DNA from: Clostridia bacterium
Lineage (GTDB): Bacteria > Bacillota > Clostridia > CAKSNL01 > HGM11501
Direction: 5' to 3'
Assembly (NCBI GenBank): GCA_045545475.1
Contig: JAZQAZ010000031.1
Span: 1-64,000 of the forward strand
DNA: 64,000 nucleotides
Shown: positions 55,250 through 64,000 of the stretch, one piece after another
Layout of the letters: each line of letters starts with the position of its first letter
Position numbering within the stretch: the first letter of the stretch is position 1
Made by a program: the position numbers and the translations under genes
Notes under the pieces: generated by a model
Told to the model about the DNA's origin: nothing
The model's database searches: none
What the model saw: the letters and a program-made list of their open reading frames with translations, nothing else

Positions 55250-56957
55250 AGTGACCGCCTCCCATCTGTGTTTCGGCAATTTCTCTGTAGGCGGGACAAT
55301 TTGCCATTAAGTCTTCGTGCGTGCCGCTTCCTATAATTTCGCCTTCGTCAAGCATTAATATTAGGTCAGCGTGCTTTATGGAGCTTATTCGCTGTGCAAT
55401 TATTATGGACGTGGTATCTTTGAAGTTTTCCTTTATATTGCGTCGGAGTGCAGCATCTGTCCTGTAATCAAGAGCACTTGATGAGTCGTCCAGAATTAAA
55501 ATGTCATTGTCTCCGGCAAAGGCACGGGCAAGAAGAACTCGTTGCTTCTGACCGCCGGAAAGATTTGCACCCTTTCCTGTCAGCATATGACAGAATTTGT
55601 CAGGCAGGGAGTCAATAAATTCAAAGGCACAGGCGTGCTTTGCGGCGTTTTCTATTTGCTCATCTGTCAGATTTCTTCCGAAATCAATATTGTTTTTTAT
55701 GGTATCAGCAAAAAGCACATCGCCCTGAAAAACCGTACCAAACATTCTGTGAAGCTTTTCGTGGGGGATTGAACGCACCGATTTGCCGTTTATGTAAATC
55801 CTTCCGGTATCTGTATCGTAAAGGCGCATAAGAAGATTTATGATGGTGCTTTTTCCGCTTCCGGTGGCACCGATGATTCCGAGGGTTTCTCCTTTCTTTA
55901 AGGAGAAACTTATATTTTTTATGTTGTCTCTTTTCTTGTTATACGAAAAGGTCACATTGTCAAAAACGATATGGGCATCTGTTTTGACTGGGTCATCATC
56001 TATTATGGGAAGATTTCCCGGGGACGACAAAACATCACCGATTCGCTTTGCGGAGGCACTTCCCTTAGATGTCATAACAAATATTCTTGTAATGGACATC
56101 ATTGCGTTTAAGATAATGGTGAAATAGGACAAAAAAGCAATAATTTTACCTGTTTCGGAAACACCTGCATTGACACGGTAAGCACCGACCAGGATAACCA
56201 AAGTAAGTCCCGTATTAAGGTAGATGTTCATAACAGGGTTTGTGAGAGCCATGGTGAGGCCTGCTCTCTTTTCGTTTTTCACAACATTGTGGTTTGCTTC
56301 ATCGAAGCGTTCTTTTTCGTAATCAACTTTAGAAAGAGCTTTTATTACCCTTATTCCGCTGGCATGTTCTCTTACGGCCCTTATCATATTGTCAACGGAG
56401 GACTGAAGGGAAGAATAAAGCGGAACACCTTTTTTTGAAATTGTCCATACGGAATATCCCATAAAGGGGAGAAGACATAAAAGAACGAGTGCTAAAACAG
56501 GCTCCAGAGAAAAAGCTATTAAGAGACCGCCTATAAGAAGGATAGGGGCTCTTACACCCATTCGCTGCATCATTCCTATCATGTGGTGTAAATGATAAGT
56601 ATCGCTGGTAAGTCTAGTTTCGAGGGAGGGTATGGTGAATGAATCTATCTCTGAGGAAGAAAGGTATGAAATTTTGGTAAACAAATCGTGGCGGATTGCT
56701 TTAGTAGTATTTTTTGCAACCTTTGCAGCCATGCGGTTTGCGACTACGTTTCCGATTAAAGCAATGGCAGAAACAATAATCATGACTCCACCCCAGAAAT
56801 AAACCTCGTTTATGTTTCCTGTCGGGACAACATTATCTATAATATGGGCAAGAATATATGGGAGAAAAAGGTCCATGATAGTGCCGATGAATTTAATGGT
56901 AAGACCGATGATTATGGCAAAAAGCTGAGGTTTTATATATGGATAAATCTTTTTCAC
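55242..56957 (-). CDS. ABC exporter, fused permease/ATPase (heterodimer subunit 1, degenerate site)
   Basis: GATGSGKS, LSGGQKQR, LILDDSSSALD, IAQRIS. Confidence 0.92.
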   Translation of the reverse strand: MKKIYPYIKPQLFAIIIGLTIKFIGTIMDLFLPYILAHIIDNVVPTGNINEVYFWGGVMIIVSAIALIGNVVANRMAAKVAKNTTKAIRHDLFTKISYLSSSEIDSFTIPSLETRLTSDTYHLHHMIGMMQRMGVRAPILLIGGLLIAFSLEPVLALVLLCLLPFMGYSVWTISKKGVPLYSSLQSSVDNMIRAVREHASGIRVIKALSKVDYEKERFDEANHNVVKNEKRAGLTMALTNPVMNIYLNTGLTLVILVGAYRVNAGVSETGKIIAFLSYFTIILNAMMSITRIFVMTSKGSASAKRIGDVLSSPGNLPIIDDDPVKTDAHIVFDNVTFSYNKKRDNIKNISFSLKKGETLGIIGATGSGKSTIINLLMRLYDTDTGRIYINGKSVRSIPHEKLHRMFGTVFQGDVLFADTIKNNIDFGRNLTDEQIENAAKHACAFEFIDSLPDKFCHMLTGKGANLSGGQKQRVLLARAFAGDNDILILDDSSSALDYRTDAALRRNIKENFKDTTSIIIAQRISSIKHADLILMLDEGEIIGSGTHEDLMANCPAYREIAETQMGGGHFE

Positions 56958-57003
56958 AAAAACACCTCCTTATTATATATGATACACCTTTAAATTTTTG
57001 GTG

Positions 57004-57040
57004 TCAATAAAAAAAGAGGCCTAGCCTCTTTTTTTATTGA
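57004..57040 (-). terminator. Perfect 17-bp inverted repeat overlapping the Nudix stop codon
   Basis: TCAATAAAAAAAGAGGC-CTA-GCCTCTTTTTTTATTGA. Confidence 0.75.
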
Positions 57041-57914
57041 ACAAGTACATGAAAAATGCACTTTGTGTAAAACCATCTTTTATTTCTCCGTTTATGATTT
57101 TTTGGGAAAGCTCGTTATCCGTTAGTGTGATATAGCCTTTTATTCCTTCCTCATCGGTGTTTACTTCATTTATTTCCTTTCTTAGATGTGCAAGGTAAAT
57201 GGAAACTATTGCGGAGGAAAGCCCTGAATCTGGATATGTATCTCCGAGGCGGGAAATAGCTTCAACATAAGTATCGGAGAAACCCGGCTTTTTTGAAAGT
57301 TCTTCGGAAAGCTCCTTAAGTGCATTTTCGTTCTCGGTGCATCCGTTCTCTAAAAATCCTCTCGGAAATTCAAAGGATTCCTTTCTTATGGGATGACGCA
57401 TATTTTTAATGAGAATGAATTTGTCCTCTCCTGTTTCGGAAGTATATACAGGAACGATAACGGTTCCGCCGCATTCTTTGGGATAAACTATTCTCGAATA
57501 GGTGTAGGGTTTCTCTCCTTCGATAAGGTCTGAAACGACCACATAGAAGGGAGAGTTGTCAAACATAACCCCGACTTTGAAATTACGGTCCTCTTTGTCC
57601 TTGTTATCCTCCTGGAAAGAGAGAATTTTTTTTAGATCTCTGCATATGGGAAACTTTCCATCAAGTGGTGAAAAAAGCCAGGGTTTTTCTTCCATTAGGC
57701 GGAAATATTTTTCGGTACGTTCTTTAAGTTCGGGGTCAAGGAAAAGGGGATATTCAACTAATTTTTTGTCAAGCCATTCCTTAATCCACATCCATTTTTC
57801 GTGAATTTCTGCGTATAGGGGAGGTTTTGCATCGCTTTTGGGATCGTAGGCATTAAACACATCTTCGGGGACACAGCGGGACATAATATATCTTTTTAAG
57901 TATCTATATTCCAT
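57021..57914 (-). CDS. Nudix hydrolase (ADP-ribose pyrophosphatase-like) with ~140-aa N-terminal extension
   Basis: RHPI...EFPRGFLENGCTENENALKELSEEL Nudix box, YPDSGL, GEIKDGFT. Confidence 0.85.
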   Translation of the reverse strand: MEYRYLKRYIMSRCVPEDVFNAYDPKSDAKPPLYAEIHEKWMWIKEWLDKKLVEYPLFLDPELKERTEKYFRLMEEKPWLFSPLDGKFPICRDLKKILSFQEDNKDKEDRNFKVGVMFDNSPFYVVVSDLIEGEKPYTYSRIVYPKECGGTVIVPVYTSETGEDKFILIKNMRHPIRKESFEFPRGFLENGCTENENALKELSEELSKKPGFSDTYVEAISRLGDTYPDSGLSSAIVSIYLAHLRKEINEVNTDEEGIKGYITLTDNELSQKIINGEIKDGFTQSAFFMYLFNKKRG

Positions 57915-57915
57915 G

Positions 57916-60900
57916 TTATACTCTCCTTTTACGCTCTAAGTGCAAAGTACTGTCTGATGTGTCTTTATCGGAATTGGCAACGGAAAGATTTTCGCCTGAT
58001 GTTATCTGAAGCTTTGCTTCATCAAGCACCAATGCACCTTCTTTTCCTATACTGTATGATAAAGAGGAATTTGAAAGGGTATACGCCACTTTATCGGGAA
58101 GAAAGGTGTCTTTTGTTTCCTTTATATTTCTTTCCATAAATGAAAGATAGGAGAAAAGTGCTTCAAAGTCTATGGTTTCGCCTGTTTCGTCCACTCGGAG
58201 AATATCGTTATATTTAGTTTCGCTCTCCGACGATATTGACTTTAAGGACTCGCCTTCGGGAGCCAGGAGCTTACTTTCACTGCGGTATGTATAATGGATG
58301 AAGGGAGATACGCGGGAGCCTAAAACAGTGTTCTGACATTCTGTTAAAATGTCAGCCATAAGAGCTGAGGTTTGAGTATTGTCCGGTGATGAAAAGGATA
58401 AAAGGAAGTTTTTGTCCGCTGCTGAAAGGCTTAAGCCTTTTAAGTTGCCCTTTTCGATTCGGTCTGTATAAAGCTTGTAATGGCTTCGCTCGTAGTTTTC
58501 TGGCATATGAGTTCTTATTATATTGTGTATGCGGGAAAGTGAAGAGAATTTCGCAAGGCTTTTCCTTTTTTCAAAAAAGCCATCCATCTGCTCAGAGAAG
58601 CTTAAGCTTTTGCCGAGAGGTCTTTGGTAATTATAATATCTCGAAGCGGTAGGAAGATTTTCATCAAGTAGGGTAATGCGGTCTTTATAGAGAGAAAGGC
58701 TCTCTCTTAAGGCTGTGGGAAGAGCGGATATATCCTTGTTTCCTAAGATATAATCCATTGCAAGCAGTCTTTTTTCCATTATGGCAGCAGCTTTTTTGCT
58801 GTCAGAGTTTTCTCCGTAATAGTTAAGCTCGGGGAGAGAACTAAATATAAAACTCTGCTTCTTAAAGCTTGATGCTACATACTCCTTAAGTGATTTTATA
58901 TTGCCGTAAAGAGAAAGGGAAACGTAGCCCTTCTGAAGTAAGGTGAGAAAACCGGGAGAGTCTGAAAGACGTAAAAGCTCCGGATTATCTGCAAGCTGAT
59001 TTGCAGTTAATTTAATGGTGTTGCCGCTTAAAACTGATTTCATAAGTAGCGGCTGTATATCTTCGGAAGTAAGATTCTTTCTTACGGTAAGCTCGCTGTC
59101 AAAATCCGTCACATAGAAGGGGCGGAGAAATTGTCCATGCTCTCTTTTGTGGGGAATCCACGTATGTGCACTTTTTCTGACATCTTCGGGTATTTCGTCA
59201 AGCTTAAGTCTTGATGAATATTCTTTGAGAATAGAATAGTCCAGCGTAAACGGGATTCTAATGCTTTCGTCGGAAGAAAGAACTTTAAGTATCGGAGAAG
59301 AAGGGGAATAGAATGTATCGCTGCAAAATTCAACCGCCTCAGAATAGCATCTTTTGGATATTGTAAATTCTGCACATTCTATGTTGGGTGTACTTTCTAA
59401 AAGCTCTTCCGCTTCATTCAGACACTTTGATGCGGGAATTACGGCATCACTTAAAAGCATAGTGGCAGAATGTTCCGTATGTCTTACAAGTGCAAGATTT
59501 GCATAGCCTTCCGCACAAAGTGATGAGGCATCGGCGGCTGTGAAAATATCGCTTAAAGAGAGGGCGATTCCCTTTGCATCCTTTGAAAGCTTTAATGATG
59601 TGGTTATGTAGTATTCCGCAACATCATAATTTTCCGCAGCTAGTGCCGAAGATGCTACGCCGAGAGCGTCCTCCGAAGCTGACAGCTTGATTTTTGCCAG
59701 CAAAATATTTTCTTTTCTTTTGTTAAATGTAAGGTTCTTTCTATCTGCATCCTTTATTTTATCAAAAAAGTCCGGAATGGAACCTATAGCTCTGCTTGCC
59801 GTAACGGGGCGTGCCGAAAGGAGCTTTGCGAGGCGGAACTCGCTTTCAAAACGTTCCTTTGTGCCTGTCAAAAGAAGTCTTGAGGATACCCAATGGGCTA
59901 TGGTAAGCACTTTTGTGAGAACAGTTTCCAGCTTTAAATTCTTCTTATCCTGAGCATCTTCATCTCCCAATGAGGCAAGGAGGGTTACAAGCTCCTTAGG
60001 GAAGGTAAAAAGCCCTTTATCTATGTGGTGTAAATGGTTTTTGTAAAGAGCCTTAAGTTCTTTTTGCTGTGATGCATAAATTTCACTTAAAAATCTGTGC
60101 ATCACAGCTTCAAGATCAGGGTGCTCTGAAATTTTTTTCAGAAGATTTATTCCTTCCTTTGTTTCGGGAAGACCGCTGTCGTAGCCGCCTGCGGTTACAA
60201 GCCGTGTGTATTTTGAACCCGGAACAACGAAGGGATATAAAAGACCGCTGTAAATAAGACGCTTAATATATACAGATTCAAGAAGCCCAGCATCTTCAAG
60301 AATTTCAACAGTGAGGCTTCCGGAAAACGGAGCAAGCAGTGTATAAAGAAGTAAGTCTTCCCGGCTGTCTGATTTTATGTTAATGCGATTTCCTGAAAAG
60401 CCGTGTCCCTGATTGTCAAGGGCGATTATGGCAAGTCGTGCAATAAGATTTGCATAATGATTGGACAAATCGGTTTTGTTGAAAGTGGCCAATGTGTCGC
60501 TTGATGCACCTGCAAGCTGACGCAACAGATGATGAACAGCACTTTCGTTAAAGCCCTCTTTATCGCTGAAGGTCTTGATAAGCTCCTTACCGACCTTTGT
60601 CATATTTTCGTGCATATATGTGATTTTTGAATTATACAGAAGTTCGTAGGGAGAGAGGATGAGAAGAACTTCTGAAAGCCTTTTTAATACAGAATCAAAT
60701 TTTTTCAGGAGGTTGGAAAGCATAATATGACGGTAAAGCTTATATCTGCTGCTTTTTTCGGGACGTAGGTGATCAACGGCGGTATCCTCCGGAACAGAAG
60801 ATACATCCTCAAGTAAAAGAGCGGATAATATAAGCTGATAGGCGTTTTTGTCTGTTGATTCTCGTACACGGTGAATAGCAGAAATCAACCGGTACAGCGA

Positions 60901-61221
60901 AAGCCCGTCTCCGCATTTTGCGAAAGAAGGCGAAATTTCTTCTTCGACGGAAAGACGATAATAAATACACTTATTAAGTATACTCATATATTTTGCTTCA
61001 AGGTCTAAGTTGATAGAAGCGTGATATAAGTCGGAAAGTGATTCTTCGGGTAGGACTACGTTACTTTTACCGTATTTTTTGATATATCCTGCAAGCGGAT
61101 GGTAGTCTTCGTCTGTTGCCCTTTTTACATATTCTTCTTTATCTCTTTTGTTTTTTGGTGTTGGCTGTTTATCAAGCCATTCTCCGAATTTTCTTATATT
61201 TTCTTCTCTGTCGATTGCCAT
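57916..61221 (-). CDS. Large hypothetical protein (wHTH- and TPR-like segments, unknown C-terminal domain)
   Basis: 1101-aa uninterrupted ORF, RBS AAGGAGGA, own promoter, stop 1 nt before Nudix start. Confidence 0.85.
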   Translation of the reverse strand: MAIDREENIRKFGEWLDKQPTPKNKRDKEEYVKRATDEDYHPLAGYIKKYGKSNVVLPEESLSDLYHASINLDLEAKYMSILNKCIYYRLSVEEEISPSFAKCGDGLSLYRLISAIHRVRESTDKNAYQLILSALLLEDVSSVPEDTAVDHLRPEKSSRYKLYRHIMLSNLLKKFDSVLKRLSEVLLILSPYELLYNSKITYMHENMTKVGKELIKTFSDKEGFNESAVHHLLRQLAGASSDTLATFNKTDLSNHYANLIARLAIIALDNQGHGFSGNRINIKSDSREDLLLYTLLAPFSGSLTVEILEDAGLLESVYIKRLIYSGLLYPFVVPGSKYTRLVTAGGYDSGLPETKEGINLLKKISEHPDLEAVMHRFLSEIYASQQKELKALYKNHLHHIDKGLFTFPKELVTLLASLGDEDAQDKKNLKLETVLTKVLTIAHWVSSRLLLTGTKERFESEFRLAKLLSARPVTASRAIGSIPDFFDKIKDADRKNLTFNKRKENILLAKIKLSASEDALGVASSALAAENYDVAEYYITTSLKLSKDAKGIALSLSDIFTAADASSLCAEGYANLALVRHTEHSATMLLSDAVIPASKCLNEAEELLESTPNIECAEFTISKRCYSEAVEFCSDTFYSPSSPILKVLSSDESIRIPFTLDYSILKEYSSRLKLDEIPEDVRKSAHTWIPHKREHGQFLRPFYVTDFDSELTVRKNLTSEDIQPLLMKSVLSGNTIKLTANQLADNPELLRLSDSPGFLTLLQKGYVSLSLYGNIKSLKEYVASSFKKQSFIFSSLPELNYYGENSDSKKAAAIMEKRLLAMDYILGNKDISALPTALRESLSLYKDRITLLDENLPTASRYYNYQRPLGKSLSFSEQMDGFFEKRKSLAKFSSLSRIHNIIRTHMPENYERSHYKLYTDRIEKGNLKGLSLSAADKNFLLSFSSPDNTQTSALMADILTECQNTVLGSRVSPFIHYTYRSESKLLAPEGESLKSISSESETKYNDILRVDETGETIDFEALFSYLSFMERNIKETKDTFLPDKVAYTLSNSSLSYSIGKEGALVLDEAKLQITSGENLSVANSDKDTSDSTLHLERKRRV

Positions 61222-61248
61222 AATTATTCCTCCTTGAATGGTAATTTA

Positions 61249-61277
61249 ATTATAATAAAGTGTTCTTTATCTGTCAA
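61249..61277 (-). promoter_or_regulatory. Consensus sigma-A promoter with palindromic spacer
   Basis: Minus strand TTGACA-N17-TATAAT; spacer contains ATAAAG-TGTT-CTTTAT. Confidence 0.7.
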
Positions 61278-61366
61278 TATTTTTACCACAGAAAGAGAAA
61301 TAAGAGAAGTTATCGAAAAAATCACCTCTGAAACGTCGGCGGTTTGATGTATTTATAGCCAAAAAT

Positions 61367-61396
61367 AAAAGCAGATTGTTTTTACAATCTGCTTTT
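61367..61396 (-). terminator. Terminator after DeoR gene
   Basis: AAAAGCAGATTGT-TTTT-ACAATCTGCTTTT. Confidence 0.8.
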
Positions 61397-61402
61397 GATT
61401 TA

Positions 61403-62164
61403 TTATACTTCTGTAACCTTAACATCTAAGTCTGCCAGTAACTTGGATATTTCTTCGTCTAAGGGTTTTTCTGTTATAAAATGGTCGATTTCCGAAAAGT
61501 CAGCCAGCTTTGCAAAGCCGATTCTTCCGATTTTCGACTTATCGCAAAGATAAAACTTGCGGTCGGAATTTTTAATCATACATTTCTTTATGCCACATTC
61601 AGCTTCGTTACTGTCAAGGATGCCGCCGTTTTTGGTTACGCCGCGGCTGGAGAAGAACACCTTTGTGGCAAAGAAGTTTTCTTCAATATAGTTCGATGCA
61701 AGCGTTCCCACGAAGGACTGGTTACTGCTGGTAAAACCTCCGACGCCGATCACCTTGATGTTGGGGTTTCCTGCAAGCTCTGTTATAACTCTCATAGAGT
61801 TTGTAACGATTGTTACGTCCTTCATATTTTTAAGCTCACGCGCCATATAGAAGGTGGTGGTGGAAGCGTCTAAAAATATGGTATCACCGGGAACAACGTG
61901 ACTTGCAGCTTCTTTTGCAAGGCGTTCCTTTGCCTCGGTATTTAAGTATTTTCTCTTTTCCAGAGACATTTCACGGTTGCTTTCGTCAATGGGAATCGCA
62001 CCGCCGTGAGTTCTTACCAATGCTTCCTGCTTTTCAAGCTTTTCAAGGTCACGACGTACCGTTTCCTCCGTAACACCAAGCTCCTGGCTTAATTTGCTTA
62101 CCCATACGGAGCCCTCAAGTCTCAATGTTTCCAGAATGTGTTTCTGTCTTTCTACAGCAAACAT
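61403..62164 (-). CDS. DeoR/GlpR family transcriptional regulator
   Basis: ERQ..I, GVTEETVRRDLEKLE, RTHGGA, IFLDASTT, VTNS. Confidence 0.95.
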   Translation of the reverse strand: MFAVERQKHILETLRLEGSVWVSKLSQELGVTEETVRRDLEKLEKQEALVRTHGGAIPIDESNREMSLEKRKYLNTEAKERLAKEAASHVVPGDTIFLDASTTTFYMARELKNMKDVTIVTNSMRVITELAGNPNIKVIGVGGFTSSNQSFVGTLASNYIEENFFATKVFFSSRGVTKNGGILDSNEAECGIKKCMIKNSDRKFYLCDKSKIGRIGFAKLADFSEIDHFITEKPLDEEISKLLADLDVKVTEV

Positions 62165-62184
62165 TTTTATTTCTCCTCTTCAAA

Positions 62185-62219
62185 AAAACTGCTGCACATA
62201 GTTTTTATGCAGCAGTTTT
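62185..62219 (-). terminator. Hairpin between pduL and deoR
   Basis: AAAACTGCTGCA...TGCAGCAGTTTT. Confidence 0.65.
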
Positions 62220-62223
62220 AATG

Positions 62224-62868
62224 TTATTTCTTTATGATTTTTACAAGGTCACCGTTTTTGATACCTGCGGAGTTTGCATCGTCGGTATCAATGTGCATTT
62301 CAACGTTGAAATCGTCTCTTACTCTTACCTGAACATCATAAAAGAGTGTGGGTTTTACGCTTTCAACAGATACATCTACATAATCGCCGTCCTTGATTCC
62401 GTGACGAGTAGCGTATTCTGGTGTCAGATGGATGTGGCGGTTAGCAATGATTACGCCCTGCTTTAAGTAGATAGTACCCTTGGGGCCTACAACCACAAGC
62501 TTTTCTGATCCTTCAATTTTACCTGAAGGTCTTACCGGGGGGCTTACTTTAAGTATGAACGTATCTGTTCTTGAAATTTCAACCTGTGTGTCCTTTCTTA
62601 CGGGACCAAGTACTCTTACCTTTTCGATGGACTTTAAGGAAGGACCAACGAGTGTAACACACTCTTCAGCGGCATATTCTCTTCCCATAAGGGTTTTCTT
62701 CTTGGTAAGCTCATAGCCTTTGCCGAAGAGAATATCAAGGTCTTCTCTGGATAAGTGAATGTGGCGCTGTGAAACACCAACCTTGATTTCGCCGTCCTGA
62801 TCTTTTTTATATTCGGATAAGATTTTGGCAACTGCTGCGCCTATTTTATCAGCATCATACATAGTCAT
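62224..62868 (-). CDS. pduL: Phosphate propanoyltransferase (phosphotransacylase) PduL
   Basis: VGVSQRHIHLS, VRVLGPVR..TQVEISRTD, ANRHIH, MHIDTDDANSA; short N-terminal helix like an encapsulation peptide. Confidence 0.93.
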   Translation of the reverse strand: MTMYDADKIGAAVAKILSEYKKDQDGEIKVGVSQRHIHLSREDLDILFGKGYELTKKKTLMGREYAAEECVTLVGPSLKSIEKVRVLGPVRKDTQVEISRTDTFILKVSPPVRPSGKIEGSEKLVVVGPKGTIYLKQGVIIANRHIHLTPEYATRHGIKDGDYVDVSVESVKPTLFYDVQVRVRDDFNVEMHIDTDDANSAGIKNGDLVKIIKK

Positions 62869-62878
62869 TCACCTTGCC

Positions 62879-63532
62879 TTACTCTTCATCAAGTATTGTT
62901 GTATCGAAATACTTCATAAGCTCGGGGTGGGGGCTGGGGATGCATTCAGAGCCGAATACTTCACCCAAGGGAGCGCATTCCTCTGCACCGTGATCAAGAG
63001 AAGCCTTAACTGCAGATACGTTACCTGCCACAACAAGTGTAACAAGTCTTCCGCCGAGACGCTCTTCCTTGTGAAGAAGTCTTACACTTGCAGCCTTGAG
63101 CATAGCATCTAAGCCTACAACTGCGGCGGTGAAGCCCGAAACCTCGAAGATACCGAGAGCCTTGCCGAAGGAAACATCACTTGCGGGAACGTCCTTCATG
63201 CTCTTTGGGAATTTCTTATTGAATTTATCTCTGTTAAAATCAAGTAAATATGCCATCTTTTCAGCCTGCTCGTCAGGGCGGGCGATAACGTGGGAAACAA
63301 TAAATCTTCCCTTGGACTTGGCATATTCTTCACCTGCTTCAACAGCTGCCTTAACTGCCGCAACGCTACCTTCAACCTTTACACCCATAATGAGGGGAGC
63401 AGGAATTTTGGGAGCGAAAGGACGATTTCTGTCAAAGGCGATAAGCTTGACATCTGCTGCCTTTACCATTACATCAGCGGCACAGAGGGCTGTTGTCAGG
63501 CTGTATACTTCTATCATGCCGAATGCATTCAT
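62879..63532 (-). CDS. Tandem-domain bacterial microcompartment shell protein
   Basis: Two BMC domains: AFGMIEV..AADVMVKAADV..GSVAAVKAAV..IARP and ALGIFEV..DAMLKAASV..GNVSAVKA..IPSPH. Confidence 0.9.
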   Translation of the reverse strand: MNAFGMIEVYSLTTALCAADVMVKAADVKLIAFDRNRPFAPKIPAPLIMGVKVEGSVAAVKAAVEAGEEYAKSKGRFIVSHVIARPDEQAEKMAYLLDFNRDKFNKKFPKSMKDVPASDVSFGKALGIFEVSGFTAAVVGLDAMLKAASVRLLHKEERLGGRLVTLVVAGNVSAVKASLDHGAEECAPLGEVFGSECIPSPHPELMKYFDTTILDEE

Positions 63533-63551
63533 TTATCTCAATCCTCTCAAA

Positions 63552-64000
63552 TTAAACAATATGGAAGCCGTCAACAAGTACGCAACGTCTGCTTCTTGTG
63601 AAGGAGTGTGCTGCGGTTAAGCCTTCTCCTGTGGGACCTGCGATGGTGAAGGTGGTATAACCCTCGCCGCCTGCGCCGATTCCGGCATAGGAGGGAGCGT
63701 TCTTAACGAAGATTGTTGTTTCAACTTCGCGTGCAAATCTTGTAAGATGGTCAACGTTCTTGGAGTGGATGTGAGCAGAGTGGCGGTTGCCGTGTTCTGC
63801 CTGTACTGCAAGAGTGATTGCCTCATCAATATCGTCAACTCTTACGATTGCGAGGATGGGCATCATCATTTCAACCTGAACGAAGGGATGGTTTGCATCA
63901 GTTTCGCAGATGATGAGCTTTGTGCCTGCGGGAGCATCAATTCCGAGAGCGGCAAGGAACTTAACAGCGTCCTTTCCAACCCACTTCTTATTGATGTCGT
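63552..64000 (-). CDS. BMC-associated CoA-acylating aldehyde dehydrogenase (EutE/PduP-like), 5'-truncated by window edge
   Basis: Frame open to window end (NKKWVGKDA...HPFVQVEMMMPIL), EHGNRHSA, GGEGYTTFTIAGPTGEG, FTRSRRC. Confidence 0.92.
   Translation of the reverse strand, partial: DINKKWVGKDAVKFLAALGIDAPAGTKLIICETDANHPFVQVEMMMPILAIVRVDDIDEAITLAVQAEHGNRHSAHIHSKNVDHLTRFAREVETTIFVKNAPSYAGIGAGGEGYTTFTIAGPTGEGLTAAHSFTRSRRCVLVDGFHIV

Noticed and set aside
63617-63869. Short ORF starts within the aldehyde dehydrogenase
   Set aside because: The dehydrogenase frame stays open to the window edge; the gene is cut by the window, not a pseudogene

Overview
Mostly core chromosome of an AT-rich, spore-forming, glycan-using Clostridia-class bacterium (inferred from SLH and copper-amine-oxidase-N-terminal 'stalk' surface proteins, YmfF/YmfH, RNase J/M5, sigma-A and probable sigma-K promoters). 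Housekeeping genes: rnj, lgt, rph, rdgB, manA, dgt, rnmV, recD2, yebC. Other blocks: an FHA-SEDS-PBP cell-wall cassette, several glycoside hydrolases, a CUT1-type ABC importer, a heterodimeric ABC exporter, a 1369-aa S-layer-like protein, and the 3' end of a bacterial microcompartment locus (aldehyde dehydrogenase, tandem BMC shell, PduL, DeoR). No rRNA, tRNA, CRISPR array, integrase or transposase was recognised. Two items stand out. (1) A ~170-bp non-coding element at 44-215 made of seven perfect hairpins with different stems, joined by a conserved GTGAAAT/ATTTCAC linker in mirror orientation. (2) A self-contained two-gene unit at 57021-61277: an unknown 1101-aa protein with wHTH/TPR-like segments plus an N-terminally extended Nudix hydrolase, a candidate conflict/defence module. 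Also noted: an identical 33-bp hairpin flanking a 3.4-kb segment, unannotated small ORFs sharing a GTAAC-N17-CATA promoter, and an orphan phage-like gene pair. The supplied ORF track gives the wrong strand for 28236..28949, which is on +. All family calls are by motif recognition only; no database searches were run.
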